A program made the position numbers and the translations under genes. Positions 37,828 through 47,817 of a stretch of 64,000 nucleotides of DNA are shown here, piece by piece. This DNA is from Thiotrichaceae bacterium (lineage in GTDB: Bacteria; Pseudomonadota; Gammaproteobacteria; Thiotrichales; Thiotrichaceae): NCBI GenBank assembly GCA_015490895.1, contig WFWY01000148.1, positions 5,522-69,521 on the forward strand, read 5' to 3'. A model generated the notes under the pieces. The model saw only the letters and a program-made list of their open reading frames with translations. It had not been told where the DNA came from and did no database searches. Each line of letters starts with the position of its first letter. Positions within the stretch are counted from its first letter, which is position 1.

Positions 37828-38361
37828 TTGCCCTCTGTAGCTACAGTGATAAGGCTGGGGGTGAGTCAGTGCCTGTTGGGGGATTCCGTGCGCTATGACG
37901 GCAAGCATAAATATTGTGCCAGTTTACAGGAAAACCTGAACGGAGAGTTTGTTCTGGAGGGGTTTTGTCCGGAAGTGGCAGCTGGTATGGGAGTGCCACG
38001 CCCACCTATTCAGTTGGTATACTTTCATAGTGGTATAGAGGTCTGTGATGTGGCAAACACTGGAAAAAAGAGAACGCGACAGCTCACTGACTATGCACGA
38101 TGTGAAATGCAAAGGCGTATTGCAACACTCAGCGGTTTTATTTTCAAGAAAGGCTCGCCAAGTTGTGGCCCGGAAGGGGTTGCTGTGTTTAACCCGCAGG
38201 GGCATGTGTTACATCGGCAAGGTGTGGGTGTTTTTGCTGCGATGATTCAGCAGCAGTTTCCACAACTGCCAGTTATTGATGAAAAAGGTTTTGAAAACCC
38301 CATGCGGCGAGAGCAATACCTGCATGCTGTCAGAGCATATTTTCAAACGCAGTCAACCTGA
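37828..38361 (+). CDS. DUF523 family protein (YbbK/TudS-like)
   Basis: IRLGVSQCLLGDSVRYDG...CPEVAAGMGVPRPP...KGSPSCG Cys pattern. The start is probably TTG 37828 or GTG 37846, after the cbiX stop. Confidence 0.65.
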   Translation: MPSVATVIRLGVSQCLLGDSVRYDGKHKYCASLQENLNGEFVLEGFCPEVAAGMGVPRPPIQLVYFHSGIEVCDVANTGKKRTRQLTDYARCEMQRRIATLSGFIFKKGSPSCGPEGVAVFNPQGHVLHRQGVGVFAAMIQQQFPQLPVIDEKGFENPMRREQYLHAVRAYFQTQST

Positions 38362-38396
38362 TAAGCTCATTTGATTCACTGCCACGAATTTTCGCT

Positions 38397-39155
38397 TTAA
38401 ACGGTCAAGTCCGACAGACTCCTTACAGTAATCACTTCGATAGCCTTTTCCTGTGCCTGTTGCTTGTCCTGTGCGGTATTATATCCCCAGTCCGCAAGTC
38501 GTAACCTTATGTTTTTGAGTGCCGGGTTATGTTGCACTTTGAGTAGAGTTGGCAAGCGATCTTCAATAAAAATAATGGATTTTTCAGGGTGTTGTCGCAA
38601 TAGTTGTTGCAAGACGTCCTGTTTGCTGTGCTGTCGATCCATGCCGAAAATTTGCGGCATGGGTATGCTAATGTTATTACCCCGTAAAATTCGGCTGACA
38701 AAGCGTTCCTGTTTGGTTGTCAGGATATAAAAAGCGTCTTTGGACAGACTGCGTAACGGGCTTTCAATGCCGGGAAATAGCGGGTTATGGTCGAGCCAGT
38801 CCTGTTCATCTTTCTGTATCCACTGATCTCTCACGCGGGCAAACTGTTGCTTGAGTGTGGCGATATCCAGGTTGCTCTCGATGAGAAGGTCGCCCAGATG
38901 GGTTTCGTAATGCCTGCATAAATCGTTAGCAGAGGTTCCCTGGAAAAGCGCACGCATAATCAGAGTGGCTTCATAGCCTGTTTCCAGATAAGGTCTGACT
39001 TGTCGAAAAGCATCTATAGAGGGCTGGTCTATTGATACCCCGGCCATCTCTGGCCAAAAATACTGAGCAGACTTAAATCCTGTCATGGCTGTTTCAATGG
39101 CGCTGTCGCAGATCACACCATCAAAGTCGAGTGCATAAAGAAAGTGGTTTGTCAT
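38397..39155 (-). CDS. HAD-superfamily hydrolase
   Basis: YALDFDGVICDS motif I (DxDG). 252 aa. Confidence 0.7.
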   Translation of the reverse strand: MTNHFLYALDFDGVICDSAIETAMTGFKSAQYFWPEMAGVSIDQPSIDAFRQVRPYLETGYEATLIMRALFQGTSANDLCRHYETHLGDLLIESNLDIATLKQQFARVRDQWIQKDEQDWLDHNPLFPGIESPLRSLSKDAFYILTTKQERFVSRILRGNNISIPMPQIFGMDRQHSKQDVLQQLLRQHPEKSIIFIEDRLPTLLKVQHNPALKNIRLRLADWGYNTAQDKQQAQEKAIEVITVRSLSDLTV

Positions 39156-39264
39156 GAAAGTGATAGGTTAACTGATAAAAGATTGCACCCATTTAACCAC
39201 AAGATAGATGCTGCCGATACACAGGGTACAGGCAAGTACCAGTTTTACAGCGCGTTGAAGTCGA

Positions 39265-41085
39265 TTATTCATGATGTTGATACCTGTATGCCACCGCGAT
39301 CAGTGAGGCATAGCTATAGGGGTTGGATTCAATGGCCTGGGTTGAGTAGCCTAGCACCTTGCGGACATTGGTTGTCATTGCAGGTACCTTAGCCAGCATA
39401 CTGGCACGAATTAACAGGGTTTCAGCAGAAGGGTAAGGGCTATCAACGAGGTGAGCTGTCTGTACGCCTTCAGGTAATAACTGTTTCTCGGATTCCTGCC
39501 AGGTGTGGTTTTTATAAAACTGCTGCCAGGCATACTCAAGCAGCTTGATTCCGGTGGTTCGTGCCTGCTGGTTGTTGCTGGCATCTGCCCAGCTCAATAG
39601 CCCCCATGCGGCAGCGGCATAATCACCCAGTGTGCCCGGTGTGGCACTGTTGGCAGCAGGTTTTAATGTTTTCCCATTCCACAGGGTTGCAAGGAAATGG
39701 GCAAGTCTTTCACCCGTGGGTTTCAGTGCAGGGTCGCTATCCAGTGCTTTGGCCAATGCGGCCAAAGCCAGTCCGTTCCATGCGGTTAATCGTTTATGGT
39801 CTCTGGGGAGAGAGCGATGCTGCTGGCGATAACGTTTCAGTTTGTTTTTCAAATGAGCAAGTTGCTCATGCACCTTGTTTTCGGGTTGTTTCAGCTGTCT
39901 GGCGATGGCTCCGGGGCTTGTCTGCATCATCGGCAGGATGCCCGCCTCAAGCTCAGGTGGTTGATTCATTTCCCATGCCATATTGGCTAATTTAAGTTCA
40001 GCTGTAGACAGAATCTGTTTTAACTGATCCTGTGTCCACAGGTAGTAGCCGCCTTCAATACCTTTATCGTCAACAGCCGACAGGCTGGCTATGAAGGCTC
40101 CTGTGGAGGGGTCCATCATGCTTTCCTGAAGAAAATACAGCGTTTCCAGGGCTATTTTTCGATAGGGAGCGTGGTGATAATATTTAGCAGCATCAAGATA
40201 GAGCATGGGTAGCATGGCATTGTTATAGAGCATTTTCTCAAAGTGTGGTGTCTGCCAGCCCGGGTCAACGGTATAACGAAAAAAACCGCCGCTTAACGTA
40301 TCATGCAAACCTTTGCTTGCCATGGTGTCGAGTGTTAGCCGGATGAACTCGTCAACCGCCGGTTTTTTGAAGTGTTTGTTAAGCTCCAGAAGTGCAAGTA
40401 TTTGTGGTGAGGAGGGGAACTTTACCTGCTCACCCAGTCCTCCCTGAAAGGTATCTGCGGAATTCATAATAGCGGTTATCAAAGCTGCGCTGTTATCGGC
40501 GATATGCTTTTTTTTACCCTTAACTTCCTGGCTATTCAATGTGAAACTGAGTCTATTGTTCAATATTTCAGCATCATATGTCAGTTGTTTACGGTTGTCT
40601 TTCCACTGTCCGGCAAGGTCGCTAAGTGCTCGGGAGAATGCTGGTTGAGGGATATAGGTAGCCCCAACCAGTGGATAGCCTTCTGGTGTCATAAAAATAT
40701 TCAGGGGCCAGCCCGCTGTGCCGTTGGTGGCGCTGACAAACTCAATCAAGCGTTTATCCAGCACGGGGTTAAGTTCGCGGTCTACTTTGACGGGAATGTA
40801 GTGCTGATTTAATTTTTTGGCAATTTCAGCATTGGAATAGCTCTCCCGATGCATGACATGACACCAGTGACAGGCATAGTAACCAATAGAGATAAATAAT
40901 AACTTGTCTTCCTTGCGTGCTTTTTCGATGGCGGCACTACCCCATTCCATCCAGTCCACAGGGTCGTTACCATGCATGGCTAAATAGGGAGAAGCATGGT
41001 TTTTTAACGCATTAGCGAAGGCCAGAGGCATGAGCAGTAACCAGAGGAGGCTCATAGCGTTAATGATGAAAACTGTTTTTTTCAT
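39265..41085 (-). CDS. Exported thioredoxin-domain protein (DUF255/YyaL family, N-terminal Trx fold plus alpha/alpha-toroid)
   Basis: Signal peptide MKKTVFIINAMSLLWLLLMPLAFA (start moved to ATG 41085). SPYLAMHGNDPVDWMEWG and GYYACHWCHVMHRESY are characteristic of DUF255. Confidence 0.8.
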   Translation of the reverse strand: MKKTVFIINAMSLLWLLLMPLAFANALKNHASPYLAMHGNDPVDWMEWGSAAIEKARKEDKLLFISIGYYACHWCHVMHRESYSNAEIAKKLNQHYIPVKVDRELNPVLDKRLIEFVSATNGTAGWPLNIFMTPEGYPLVGATYIPQPAFSRALSDLAGQWKDNRKQLTYDAEILNNRLSFTLNSQEVKGKKKHIADNSAALITAIMNSADTFQGGLGEQVKFPSSPQILALLELNKHFKKPAVDEFIRLTLDTMASKGLHDTLSGGFFRYTVDPGWQTPHFEKMLYNNAMLPMLYLDAAKYYHHAPYRKIALETLYFLQESMMDPSTGAFIASLSAVDDKGIEGGYYLWTQDQLKQILSTAELKLANMAWEMNQPPELEAGILPMMQTSPGAIARQLKQPENKVHEQLAHLKNKLKRYRQQHRSLPRDHKRLTAWNGLALAALAKALDSDPALKPTGERLAHFLATLWNGKTLKPAANSATPGTLGDYAAAAWGLLSWADASNNQQARTTGIKLLEYAWQQFYKNHTWQESEKQLLPEGVQTAHLVDSPYPSAETLLIRASMLAKVPAMTTNVRKVLGYSTQAIESNPYSYASLIAVAYRYQHHE

Positions 41086-41405
41086 AGATTCTCTCATTAT
41101 ACACTGGTATGCATTAATTACGGAGCCAGGAGACTGTCTGAGAGGGGGCTGTGAAAGTGCCCCTGATAGTTGCCTATGCCTCCTTATCGAAATCGAAAAG
41201 CTTCCGGAAGGGAGCTTCCGCAAGTAATGGTGATCACAAAAAAACCTTGTTGTCTATAACTTTCAGTTAAACGCTATAACTGATATACTGGTCAGTTCAT
41301 TTTATGCACATTTATCTTGTGTGTGGGGCAAAGAGGTAACTTAACTTTAACAGATATAGCCGCTCTTACATTAAGTTACCCAATATAATTACAATGGTGG
41401 TCAGT

Positions 41406-42500
41406 ATGTCAAAAAATAAAGCATTTGCGTGTCTCCTTTCTGTGTTGTTCTCTACACAGGTACAGGCGTATTCCTTTTGGGAAGAAGAAGAGGACAATAT
41501 CGAAGAGAGAGCCACTGTTGTGCCGCCAGCCCCTGAAGCAGAGCAAACACTTGCCAGGCATATTGAGCCTGCAATGAGAGGAGGTGGTGATACACTCCAG
41601 CCTCAGCCTGTGGCACCTAAGGCTGCACCCAGGCCAATGGTACTGCCACCTGACCCAAGTATTCGCTTGAGGCCTGCTGCCAATAATCCAACCATTAATA
41701 AAAATTTGCGGGTGTCACTGCAGAGTAATTATATGAAAGAAGTTGAGCGCTGGTACAGATCAGGTGCTGACGTGAACAGTATGGATCCTCAGGGTCGTAC
41801 ATTGCTCTACCTTGCCATTTTGCGACACCATACTCCCGGAATCGAGTTTCTGTTGCTACGTAAGGCTGATGTCAACAAGGCCAATGAGAATGGCGGTACG
41901 CCTTTACAGGCAGCGGTATCAACCGGACAAAGCAGAGTGGTGAAAATGTTGTTGGAGCGTCATGCGGCGGTCACTAAAATGCCTAATGGCGATACGATGG
42001 TACATACTGCCATGGTGAAGGGGAATACACCGATTGTTATGGATTTGCTTGAAAAAGGTGTGGATGTTAATAAAACCTATGGAGCGGGTAAAACCCTGTT
42101 GCATATAGCCGCTTCTAAAAACATGCCTGGGCCAATCCAGGCTTTACTGAATAGCGGTGCAAATGTGAATGCGACCGATAATGAAGGGGTCACTCCTTTG
42201 CATGAAGCTGCTGCCCGCGGCCACAAGGCTGTCGTTGAATTATTAATTAGCCGAAATGCCAATATTAAAATGGAAACGGTTAAAAAATGGCGTCCCATTC
42301 ATCATGCCGCACGCTTTGGGCATTCCGATATTGTAAGCTTGCTTTTGACAAAAGGAGCATCTGCCAATGACCGCACCGTTTCGGGGAAGACACCATTGGC
42401 TCTGGCAAAGCATTTGAACCACGATAGCGTGGTTGACCTGCTTGCGCCACGCACATCAGGGGGAAGTTCAGGTGCATCACGGCGTGGATGGTTCTGGTAG
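41406..42500 (+). CDS. Exported ankyrin-repeat protein
   Basis: Signal peptide and a Pro-rich linker. About 6 ankyrin repeats follow (GRTLLYLAILRHH, GGTPLQAAVSTGQ, GKTLLHIAASKN, GVTPLHEAAARGH, WRPIHHAARFGH, GKTPLALAKHLNH). Confidence 0.8.
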   Translation: MSKNKAFACLLSVLFSTQVQAYSFWEEEEDNIEERATVVPPAPEAEQTLARHIEPAMRGGGDTLQPQPVAPKAAPRPMVLPPDPSIRLRPAANNPTINKNLRVSLQSNYMKEVERWYRSGADVNSMDPQGRTLLYLAILRHHTPGIEFLLLRKADVNKANENGGTPLQAAVSTGQSRVVKMLLERHAAVTKMPNGDTMVHTAMVKGNTPIVMDLLEKGVDVNKTYGAGKTLLHIAASKNMPGPIQALLNSGANVNATDNEGVTPLHEAAARGHKAVVELLISRNANIKMETVKKWRPIHHAARFGHSDIVSLLLTKGASANDRTVSGKTPLALAKHLNHDSVVDLLAPRTSGGSSGASRRGWFW

Positions 42501-42798
42501 GTCTCAGTACCAGCAGAATACCCGGACAAAACCTGGATAAGCATGGCAGTACGCGAGATATTACGGGTAGGTAATCCGCTACTTTGACAGCAATCAGTGC
42601 CTGTTACAGGGTTCCATAGCGATGTACTCAATACTCTTGTACAGGAAAAGATACGATGCATGCAGCCAATGGTGCGAGCCTGGCTGCCCCTCACTGAAGA
42701 AATCAGCCAGTGTTAGATAGCCAGTCTGAAAGCTAGCTTGAGGAGTCTCTTGTACCTGATTCTGGCTTAAAGCGCCCAATCAAGAATTCCATTCCAGG

Positions 42799-43857
42799 TT
42801 AATCAGTCTCTTTCCCTTTATTGCGGCGCTCATCTTCTTCGCGCTCTCTGGCCTCTTCAGCTTCAATACGGTCGAGTTCGGCTTCCATTTCTTCATCCGT
42901 CATGGGGCTGTAATCTTCGCCATCTACATAGCCCCCATTTTCTGTATCCTCCAGATTGTCGTCATCCACTTCTTCATAAATGTAATCGTCATCCTCCCAA
43001 AGTGGGGTTTTAGCGGTGGTTGCAGTACCTGCTGCTGTAGCAGCGGTCGTTGTCGTGTGATCTGTTGATTGAGGTTCGGCATCCATTGCCTCTTTGGCGG
43101 CACCGGCTTCACGAATCCTTTTTTTAAAAAAGCGGCTGGAAAACAGGCCAATTTCAAACAGTAGCCACATGGGGATGGCTAGCATAATTTGTGAGACAAC
43201 ATCGGGAGGGGTTAATAGCATGCCTATGACAAAGGCGCCTACTACAACGTAAGGCCGCTTTTTCCCGAGTTTCTCGGCAGTTGTAATGCCGGTGGTAATC
43301 AGCAGGATGGTCGCAATAGGCATTTCAAAGCCAAATCCAAAGGCAATGAAAATCATCATGACAAAATCCAGATAAGAGCTAATATCCGGGACGGCCATAA
43401 CTCCGGCAGGTGTCATGGCCTGGACGACTTTAAAGACCATGGGTAGCAACAGGTAATAGGCAAAGGCAATGCCCAGATAGAAAAGGGCGATGCTGGAAGT
43501 GAGAAGCGGGATAACCAGGCGCTTTTCATGTTTGTATAAACCCGGTGCGACAAAGGCCCAAAGTTGATAAAAGACATAGGGGAGGGCGATCAGAAAAGCA
43601 GCCAGCAGAGCTACTTTATAGGGGATAAAGACGGGCGCAATCGGCCCGGTTGCGATCATGCCTTGCCCCTGGGCAAGGACGGGGGCTGCCAGCCACTGGT
43701 AAAGATCCTGTGCGAAAGGGAACAGAACCACGAAAACCACACCAATCGCCAGTACCATACGTAACAGGCGATCACGCAGTTCAATCAGGTGTGCCAGAAA
43801 ACCCATTTCAGAGGCTTCGGAGTGATCTACGTCATTAGCCGTTTTCTTTGTGGTCAT
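42799..43857 (-). CDS. tatC: Twin-arginine translocase subunit TatC, with a ~104-aa acidic C-terminal extension
   Basis: FLAHLIELRDRLLR and 6 TM helices, including LLTPPDVVSQIMLAIPMWLLFE. The tail is rich in T/A, then D/E. Confidence 0.9.
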   Translation of the reverse strand: MTTKKTANDVDHSEASEMGFLAHLIELRDRLLRMVLAIGVVFVVLFPFAQDLYQWLAAPVLAQGQGMIATGPIAPVFIPYKVALLAAFLIALPYVFYQLWAFVAPGLYKHEKRLVIPLLTSSIALFYLGIAFAYYLLLPMVFKVVQAMTPAGVMAVPDISSYLDFVMMIFIAFGFGFEMPIATILLITTGITTAEKLGKKRPYVVVGAFVIGMLLTPPDVVSQIMLAIPMWLLFEIGLFSSRFFKKRIREAGAAKEAMDAEPQSTDHTTTTAATAAGTATTAKTPLWEDDDYIYEEVDDDNLEDTENGGYVDGEDYSPMTDEEMEAELDRIEAEEAREREEDERRNKGKETD

Positions 43858-44206
43858 TCGTTTGGGTTGGTAAGTCGTTGTGAGTGACGGCGGAGCCTGT
43901 TTTTATACCTGTTTTCTCGAGCAGATTTTCATCCAGCTCCTGAACTTCCTTGTGAATGGTTTGCTGGGTATTTTGCATCATGTCACGTAGCTCGCTGATT
44001 TCCTGCTCCTGTTTGGAGAGCATGGCTTTCATTTCTTCTGCGCGTAGCTCTTTTTCGATATCTGAACGCGTTGTATTGATAAAGGCACGTGCCTTGCCAA
44101 CAAATTTTCCAACCTTGCGTGCCACGGCAGGCAGGCGTTCGGGGCCGATAACCAGCAAGGCGATAACGGCAACGACAATCATTTCCAGAAAGCCAGAGTC
44201 AAACAT
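43835..44206 (-). CDS. tatB: Twin-arginine translocase subunit TatB
   Basis: MFDSGFLEMIVVAVIALLVIGPERLP. Start moved to ATG 44206. Confidence 0.85.
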   Translation of the reverse strand: MFDSGFLEMIVVAVIALLVIGPERLPAVARKVGKFVGKARAFINTTRSDIEKELRAEEMKAMLSKQEQEISELRDMMQNTQQTIHKEVQELDENLLEKTGIKTGSAVTHNDLPTQTNDHKENG

Positions 44207-44245
44207 AGGCAAGCAAACCAAAAATCATGAAGGTGTTGTCCGCAT

Positions 44246-44485
44246 TTAAACGTTATCTTTTGACCGGGTTTTTGCTTCACTGTCGATAACCTGGCTCTCT
44301 TTCCTGGATACCTTGGGGGCTTCTTTTTCTGCTTCGTTACCGGCATCCGACATGGATTTTTTAAAGTTCTTAATGGCGCTGCCTAAATCGCCACCGGCAT
44401 TGCGTAGCCTTTTGGTTCCAAAAATGACCAGTACGATGACTAATATTAATAATAATGACCAGGGGCTTATTCCGCTAAATCCCAT
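44246..44485 (-). CDS. tatA: Twin-arginine translocase subunit TatA
   Basis: [35 protein letters not shown]. Confidence 0.9.
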   Translation of the reverse strand: MGFSGISPWSLLLILVIVLVIFGTKRLRNAGGDLGSAIKNFKKSMSDAGNEAEKEAPKVSRKESQVIDSEAKTRSKDNV

Positions 44486-44503
44486 GTTGTATCTCCTACG
44501 TAA

Positions 44504-44833
44504 TTAATTTGTGCTGCTCCGGCTTGCTTTCTCGGCCAAACCAGATGTACCAAAGCGGCGTTCCAGTTCGGCGAGTACAGCATCAGGGTGCAATCCCTGG
44601 TCTGCCAGTAATACCAGAGTATGAAACCATAAATCAGCTACTTCATAGATGATATGACTCTCATCACCATCTTTGGCGGCCATGACTGTTTCGGTGGCTT
44701 CCTCTCCTATCTTCTTAAGGATAGCATCAAGCCCCTTGTCATACAGTTTGGCAACATAAGAGCTGTCGGGTTCTGTGCCTTTGCGCGACTCTAGCACATC
44801 TGCTACCCGTGAGAGGATATTTTCGTTATTCAT
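44504..44833 (-). CDS. hisE: Phosphoribosyl-ATP pyrophosphatase (monofunctional HisE)
   Basis: [24 protein letters not shown]...[13 protein letters not shown]. Confidence 0.9.
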   Translation of the reverse strand: MNNENILSRVADVLESRKGTEPDSSYVAKLYDKGLDAILKKIGEEATETVMAAKDGDESHIIYEVADLWFHTLVLLADQGLHPDAVLAELERRFGTSGLAEKASRSSTN

Positions 44834-44863
44834 AAATTCTGCCTTAACGGTGATGATGTGGGC

Positions 44864-45637
44864 TTAAATTCGCATCTCAATGCCTTGTGCTGCCATATAG
44901 GCCTTGGTTTCACCAACAGTATACTCACCAAAATGAAAGATACTGGCTGCCAGTACAGCATCCGCACCGCCTTTGAGAACACCATCAGCCATATGTTGCA
45001 AGTTACCCACGCCTCCGGAAGCAATAACCGGAATATTGACCGCATCTGTGATAGCCCTGGTGAGTGGCAGGTTAAAGCCTGTTTTGGTACCATCGCGATC
45101 CATGCTGGTAACCAACAGTTCACCCGCGCCATATTCAGCCATTTTTAGAGCCCATTCTACTGCATCAATACCGGCATCCTTACGCCCACCATGCGTAAAG
45201 ATATTCCATTTTAAGGGCTCATCTTTCGCGCTGACCTGTTTGGCATCTATAGCAACGACAATACATTGCGAGCCAAAGAACTCACTGGCTTCCCGTACCA
45301 GTTCAGGATTAAACACTGCAGCGGTATTAATCGCTACCTTGTCTGCACCGGCATTCAGCATTTTTCGCACATCTTCGACCTTGCGTACACCGCCGCCTAC
45401 CGTCAGAGGAATAAAGACCTGCGAGGCAACATCTTCCACCACATGCAAAATGGTCTCGCGGTTATCGGAGCTGGCGGTAATATCCAGAAAGGTGATTTCA
45501 TCGGCTCCCTCGCGATTATAGCGGGCAGCAATTTCTACCGGGTCACCGGCATCCCGAATATCCACGAAATTGACACCCTTGACGACGCGACCGTTATCAA
45601 CGTCCAGGCAGGGGATAATACGTTTTGCCAGTCCCAT
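44864..45637 (-). CDS. hisF: Imidazole glycerol phosphate synthase cyclase subunit HisF
   Basis: [24 protein letters not shown]...[13 protein letters not shown]. Start moved to ATG 45637. Confidence 0.95.
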   Translation of the reverse strand: MGLAKRIIPCLDVDNGRVVKGVNFVDIRDAGDPVEIAARYNREGADEITFLDITASSDNRETILHVVEDVASQVFIPLTVGGGVRKVEDVRKMLNAGADKVAINTAAVFNPELVREASEFFGSQCIVVAIDAKQVSAKDEPLKWNIFTHGGRKDAGIDAVEWALKMAEYGAGELLVTSMDRDGTKTGFNLPLTRAITDAVNIPVIASGGVGNLQHMADGVLKGGADAVLAASIFHFGEYTVGETKAYMAAQGIEMRI

Positions 45638-45638
45638 C

Positions 45639-46379
45639 TTAAGTAGCTCCCAGTTTATCAGCATAGCGCTGGGCGGCTGCCAGGTTTATGGTGCCTTCGT
45701 AGATGGAACGCCCCAAGATTGCGCCCATAATGCCACTGGATTCTTTGCTGCAGACCGCTTCTACGTCCTTCATGTTGGTCATGCCACCAGAGGCAATCAC
45801 GGGGATGGATATGCTTTCAGCCAGTGCTACCGTGGCATCCAGATTCAAGCCCTGCATCATGCCATCACGTGCTATATCGGTATAGACAATCGCGCTCACA
45901 CCAGCCTGTTCAAACTGCCTGGCAAGATCAATCGCCGATACGCTGGATACCTCAGCCCAGCCTTCAGTCGCCACCATGCCGTCTTTGGCATCAATGCCGA
46001 CAATGACATGTTCCGGAAACTGTTTGCAAAGTTCAATTATAAAGGCAGGCTCTTCAACGGCTTTGGTGCCAATAATGCAGTATTTGACACCTGCATTCAG
46101 GTAGGCTTCCACGGTAGGGATATCCCGAATGCCACCACCGATCTGTACAGGCACATCAGGAAACTTTCCGGCAATTGATTCAATCACAGCACTATTGACA
46201 GGCTTGCCCGCGAATGCACCATTTAGGTCAACCAGATGTAAGCGCCGTGCACCTTTATCTACCCATTGCTGTGCCATATCTACCGGGCTATCGGAAAATA
46301 CCGTGGTCTCTTCCATACGACCTTGCCGTAGGCGTACACATTTACCATCTTTTAAATCTATTGCAGGTATAAAAAGCAT
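45639..46379 (-). CDS. hisA: ProFAR isomerase HisA
   Basis: [22 protein letters not shown]...LHLVDLNGA...GGGIR. Confidence 0.95.
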   Translation of the reverse strand: MLFIPAIDLKDGKCVRLRQGRMEETTVFSDSPVDMAQQWVDKGARRLHLVDLNGAFAGKPVNSAVIESIAGKFPDVPVQIGGGIRDIPTVEAYLNAGVKYCIIGTKAVEEPAFIIELCKQFPEHVIVGIDAKDGMVATEGWAEVSSVSAIDLARQFEQAGVSAIVYTDIARDGMMQGLNLDATVALAESISIPVIASGGMTNMKDVEAVCSKESSGIMGAILGRSIYEGTINLAAAQRYADKLGAT

Positions 46380-47035
46380 TACAACATACCATCCCAGGTC
46401 GTAAAATTTTTCAGAAGCTGGAGCCCATCATCCGCACTTTTTTCGGGGTGTGCCTGAATCGCAAATACATTATCACGGGCAATCGCTGAGGCATAAGCAA
46501 TACCATAGTCCGTTTCGCCAGTGACCAGGCTGTCCTCATCGGGCTGCACATAGTAACTATGCACAAAGTAAAAGCGTGAGCCGGAGGGGATGCCTTTCCA
46601 TAGAGGGTGATCGGTTTTGTGGACGATCTGGTTCCAGCCCATTTGCGGTATTTTCAGGCGCTCTGTTGAAGGTACGGTAGCGTCATGATCAATCACATTC
46701 GCGAATTTGCGGACTTCGCCAGCATAGATGCCTAAACAGTCTATGCCTTCATTTTCTTCACTGTGCTCCATGAGCACCTGCATACCCATACAGATACCCA
46801 AAAAGGGTTTACTATTTGCTGCCTCTCTTACCACATCAATGAGCTGGTGCTGCTCAAGTGCACGCATGCAGTCGCGCGCGGCACCCTGACCGGGAAATAC
46901 CACACGCGTGGCGTTTAGAATCGTATCCCTGTTGGAGGTGATCTCAATGGTAGCAGCAGGGGCGACATGGTGTATTGCCTGAGAAACCGAGCGCAAGTTT
47001 CCCATACCGTAATCAATAATTGCAATCAGTGACAT
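46379..47035 (-). CDS. hisH: Imidazole glycerol phosphate synthase glutaminase subunit HisH
   Basis: [24 protein letters not shown] (catalytic Cys), AIQAHPEKS. Confidence 0.95.
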   Translation of the reverse strand: MSLIAIIDYGMGNLRSVSQAIHHVAPAATIEITSNRDTILNATRVVFPGQGAARDCMRALEQHQLIDVVREAANSKPFLGICMGMQVLMEHSEENEGIDCLGIYAGEVRKFANVIDHDATVPSTERLKIPQMGWNQIVHKTDHPLWKGIPSGSRFYFVHSYYVQPDEDSLVTGETDYGIAYASAIARDNVFAIQAHPEKSADDGLQLLKNFTTWDGML

Positions 47036-47043
47036 AGGAGTAC

Positions 47044-47640
47044 TCAGAGTGAGCCCTTGGTAGATGGAATCAGATCATCCATGCGTTCATCCCTGGATAC
47101 GGCCATACGCAGAGCGCGACCGAAAGCTTTAAACACGGTCTCAGCGATATGGTGGGTGTTTCTGCCTTCCAGGCAGTCTATATGCAGAGTCACATTGGCG
47201 TGATTAACAAAACCCTGAAAAAATTCGTGGAATAGTTCGGTATCAAAATTGCCGACATGATGACGCGGATAGACCACCCGGTTATACAGCCCAGGTCTGC
47301 CGGAGAAATCAATCACCACACGAGAAAGTGCCTCATCTAGAGGGACATAAGCATGCCCATACCGGGTCAGGCCTTTTTTATTCCCAACTGCTTTGGAAAA
47401 GGCCATGCCCAGCGTAATGCCAATATCTTCAACGGTGTGATGGTCGTCAATATGATTGTCACCCGTAGCATCAATATCAATATCAATCATGCCATGACGG
47501 GCTACCTGATCCAGCATGTGTTCCAGAAAGGGAACGCCAATCTTGAAGCGCGAGATACCCGTTCCATCCAGGTCAATCTTGACGCGAATCTGGGTTTCCA
47601 TTGTGTCACGTTCAACGGTGGCGGAGCGCTCGGTAACCAT
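47044..47640 (-). CDS. hisB: Imidazoleglycerol-phosphate dehydratase
   Basis: [41 protein letters not shown]. Confidence 0.95.
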   Translation of the reverse strand: MVTERSATVERDTMETQIRVKIDLDGTGISRFKIGVPFLEHMLDQVARHGMIDIDIDATGDNHIDDHHTVEDIGITLGMAFSKAVGNKKGLTRYGHAYVPLDEALSRVVIDFSGRPGLYNRVVYPRHHVGNFDTELFHEFFQGFVNHANVTLHIDCLEGRNTHHIAETVFKAFGRALRMAVSRDERMDDLIPSTKGSL

Positions 47641-47719
47641 TGTTCTCTCTCATTCATTTTGGGAGACGTATAATAGCACGGGATTAGCCGCTGTAACTAC
47701 TGACACGAGTTGGGTGACC

Positions 47720-47794
47720 AGAAAATGAATGACGAATAGATCAGGAGTCCCTTATATCTAGAGTCTCTTTTAGTTATAATCAGGCTCCTTTAAC
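47720..47794. repeat. Cluster of three degenerate TIR-like units
   Basis: AGAAAATGAATGACGAATAGATCAGGAGTCCCTTAT / TCTAGAGTCTCTTTTAG / TTATAATCAGGCTCCTTTAAC. Confidence 0.45.
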
Positions 47795-47817
47795 CACTCA
47801 ACAGATAATTACTATAC

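Noticed and set aside
42501-42798. 298-bp non-coding gap between the convergent ankyrin and tatC genes, examined for an sRNA, tmRNA, 4.5S or RNase P RNA, or a gene remnant
   Set aside because: I found no recognisable conserved RNA motifs, no strong promoter/terminator pair and only short stems (for example CTGGCTG/CAGCCAG). Nothing here is supportable without covariance-model searches.
44973-46178. Long plus-strand ORFs (182 aa, 126 aa, 202 aa) opposite hisF and hisA
   Set aside because: These are antisense shadow ORFs of strongly supported his genes, with low-complexity Ser/Thr/Ala/Pro-rich translations. The same applies to other antisense ORFs such as 27136-27657, 25385-25849, 57660-58079, 6807-7295 and 10056-10556.
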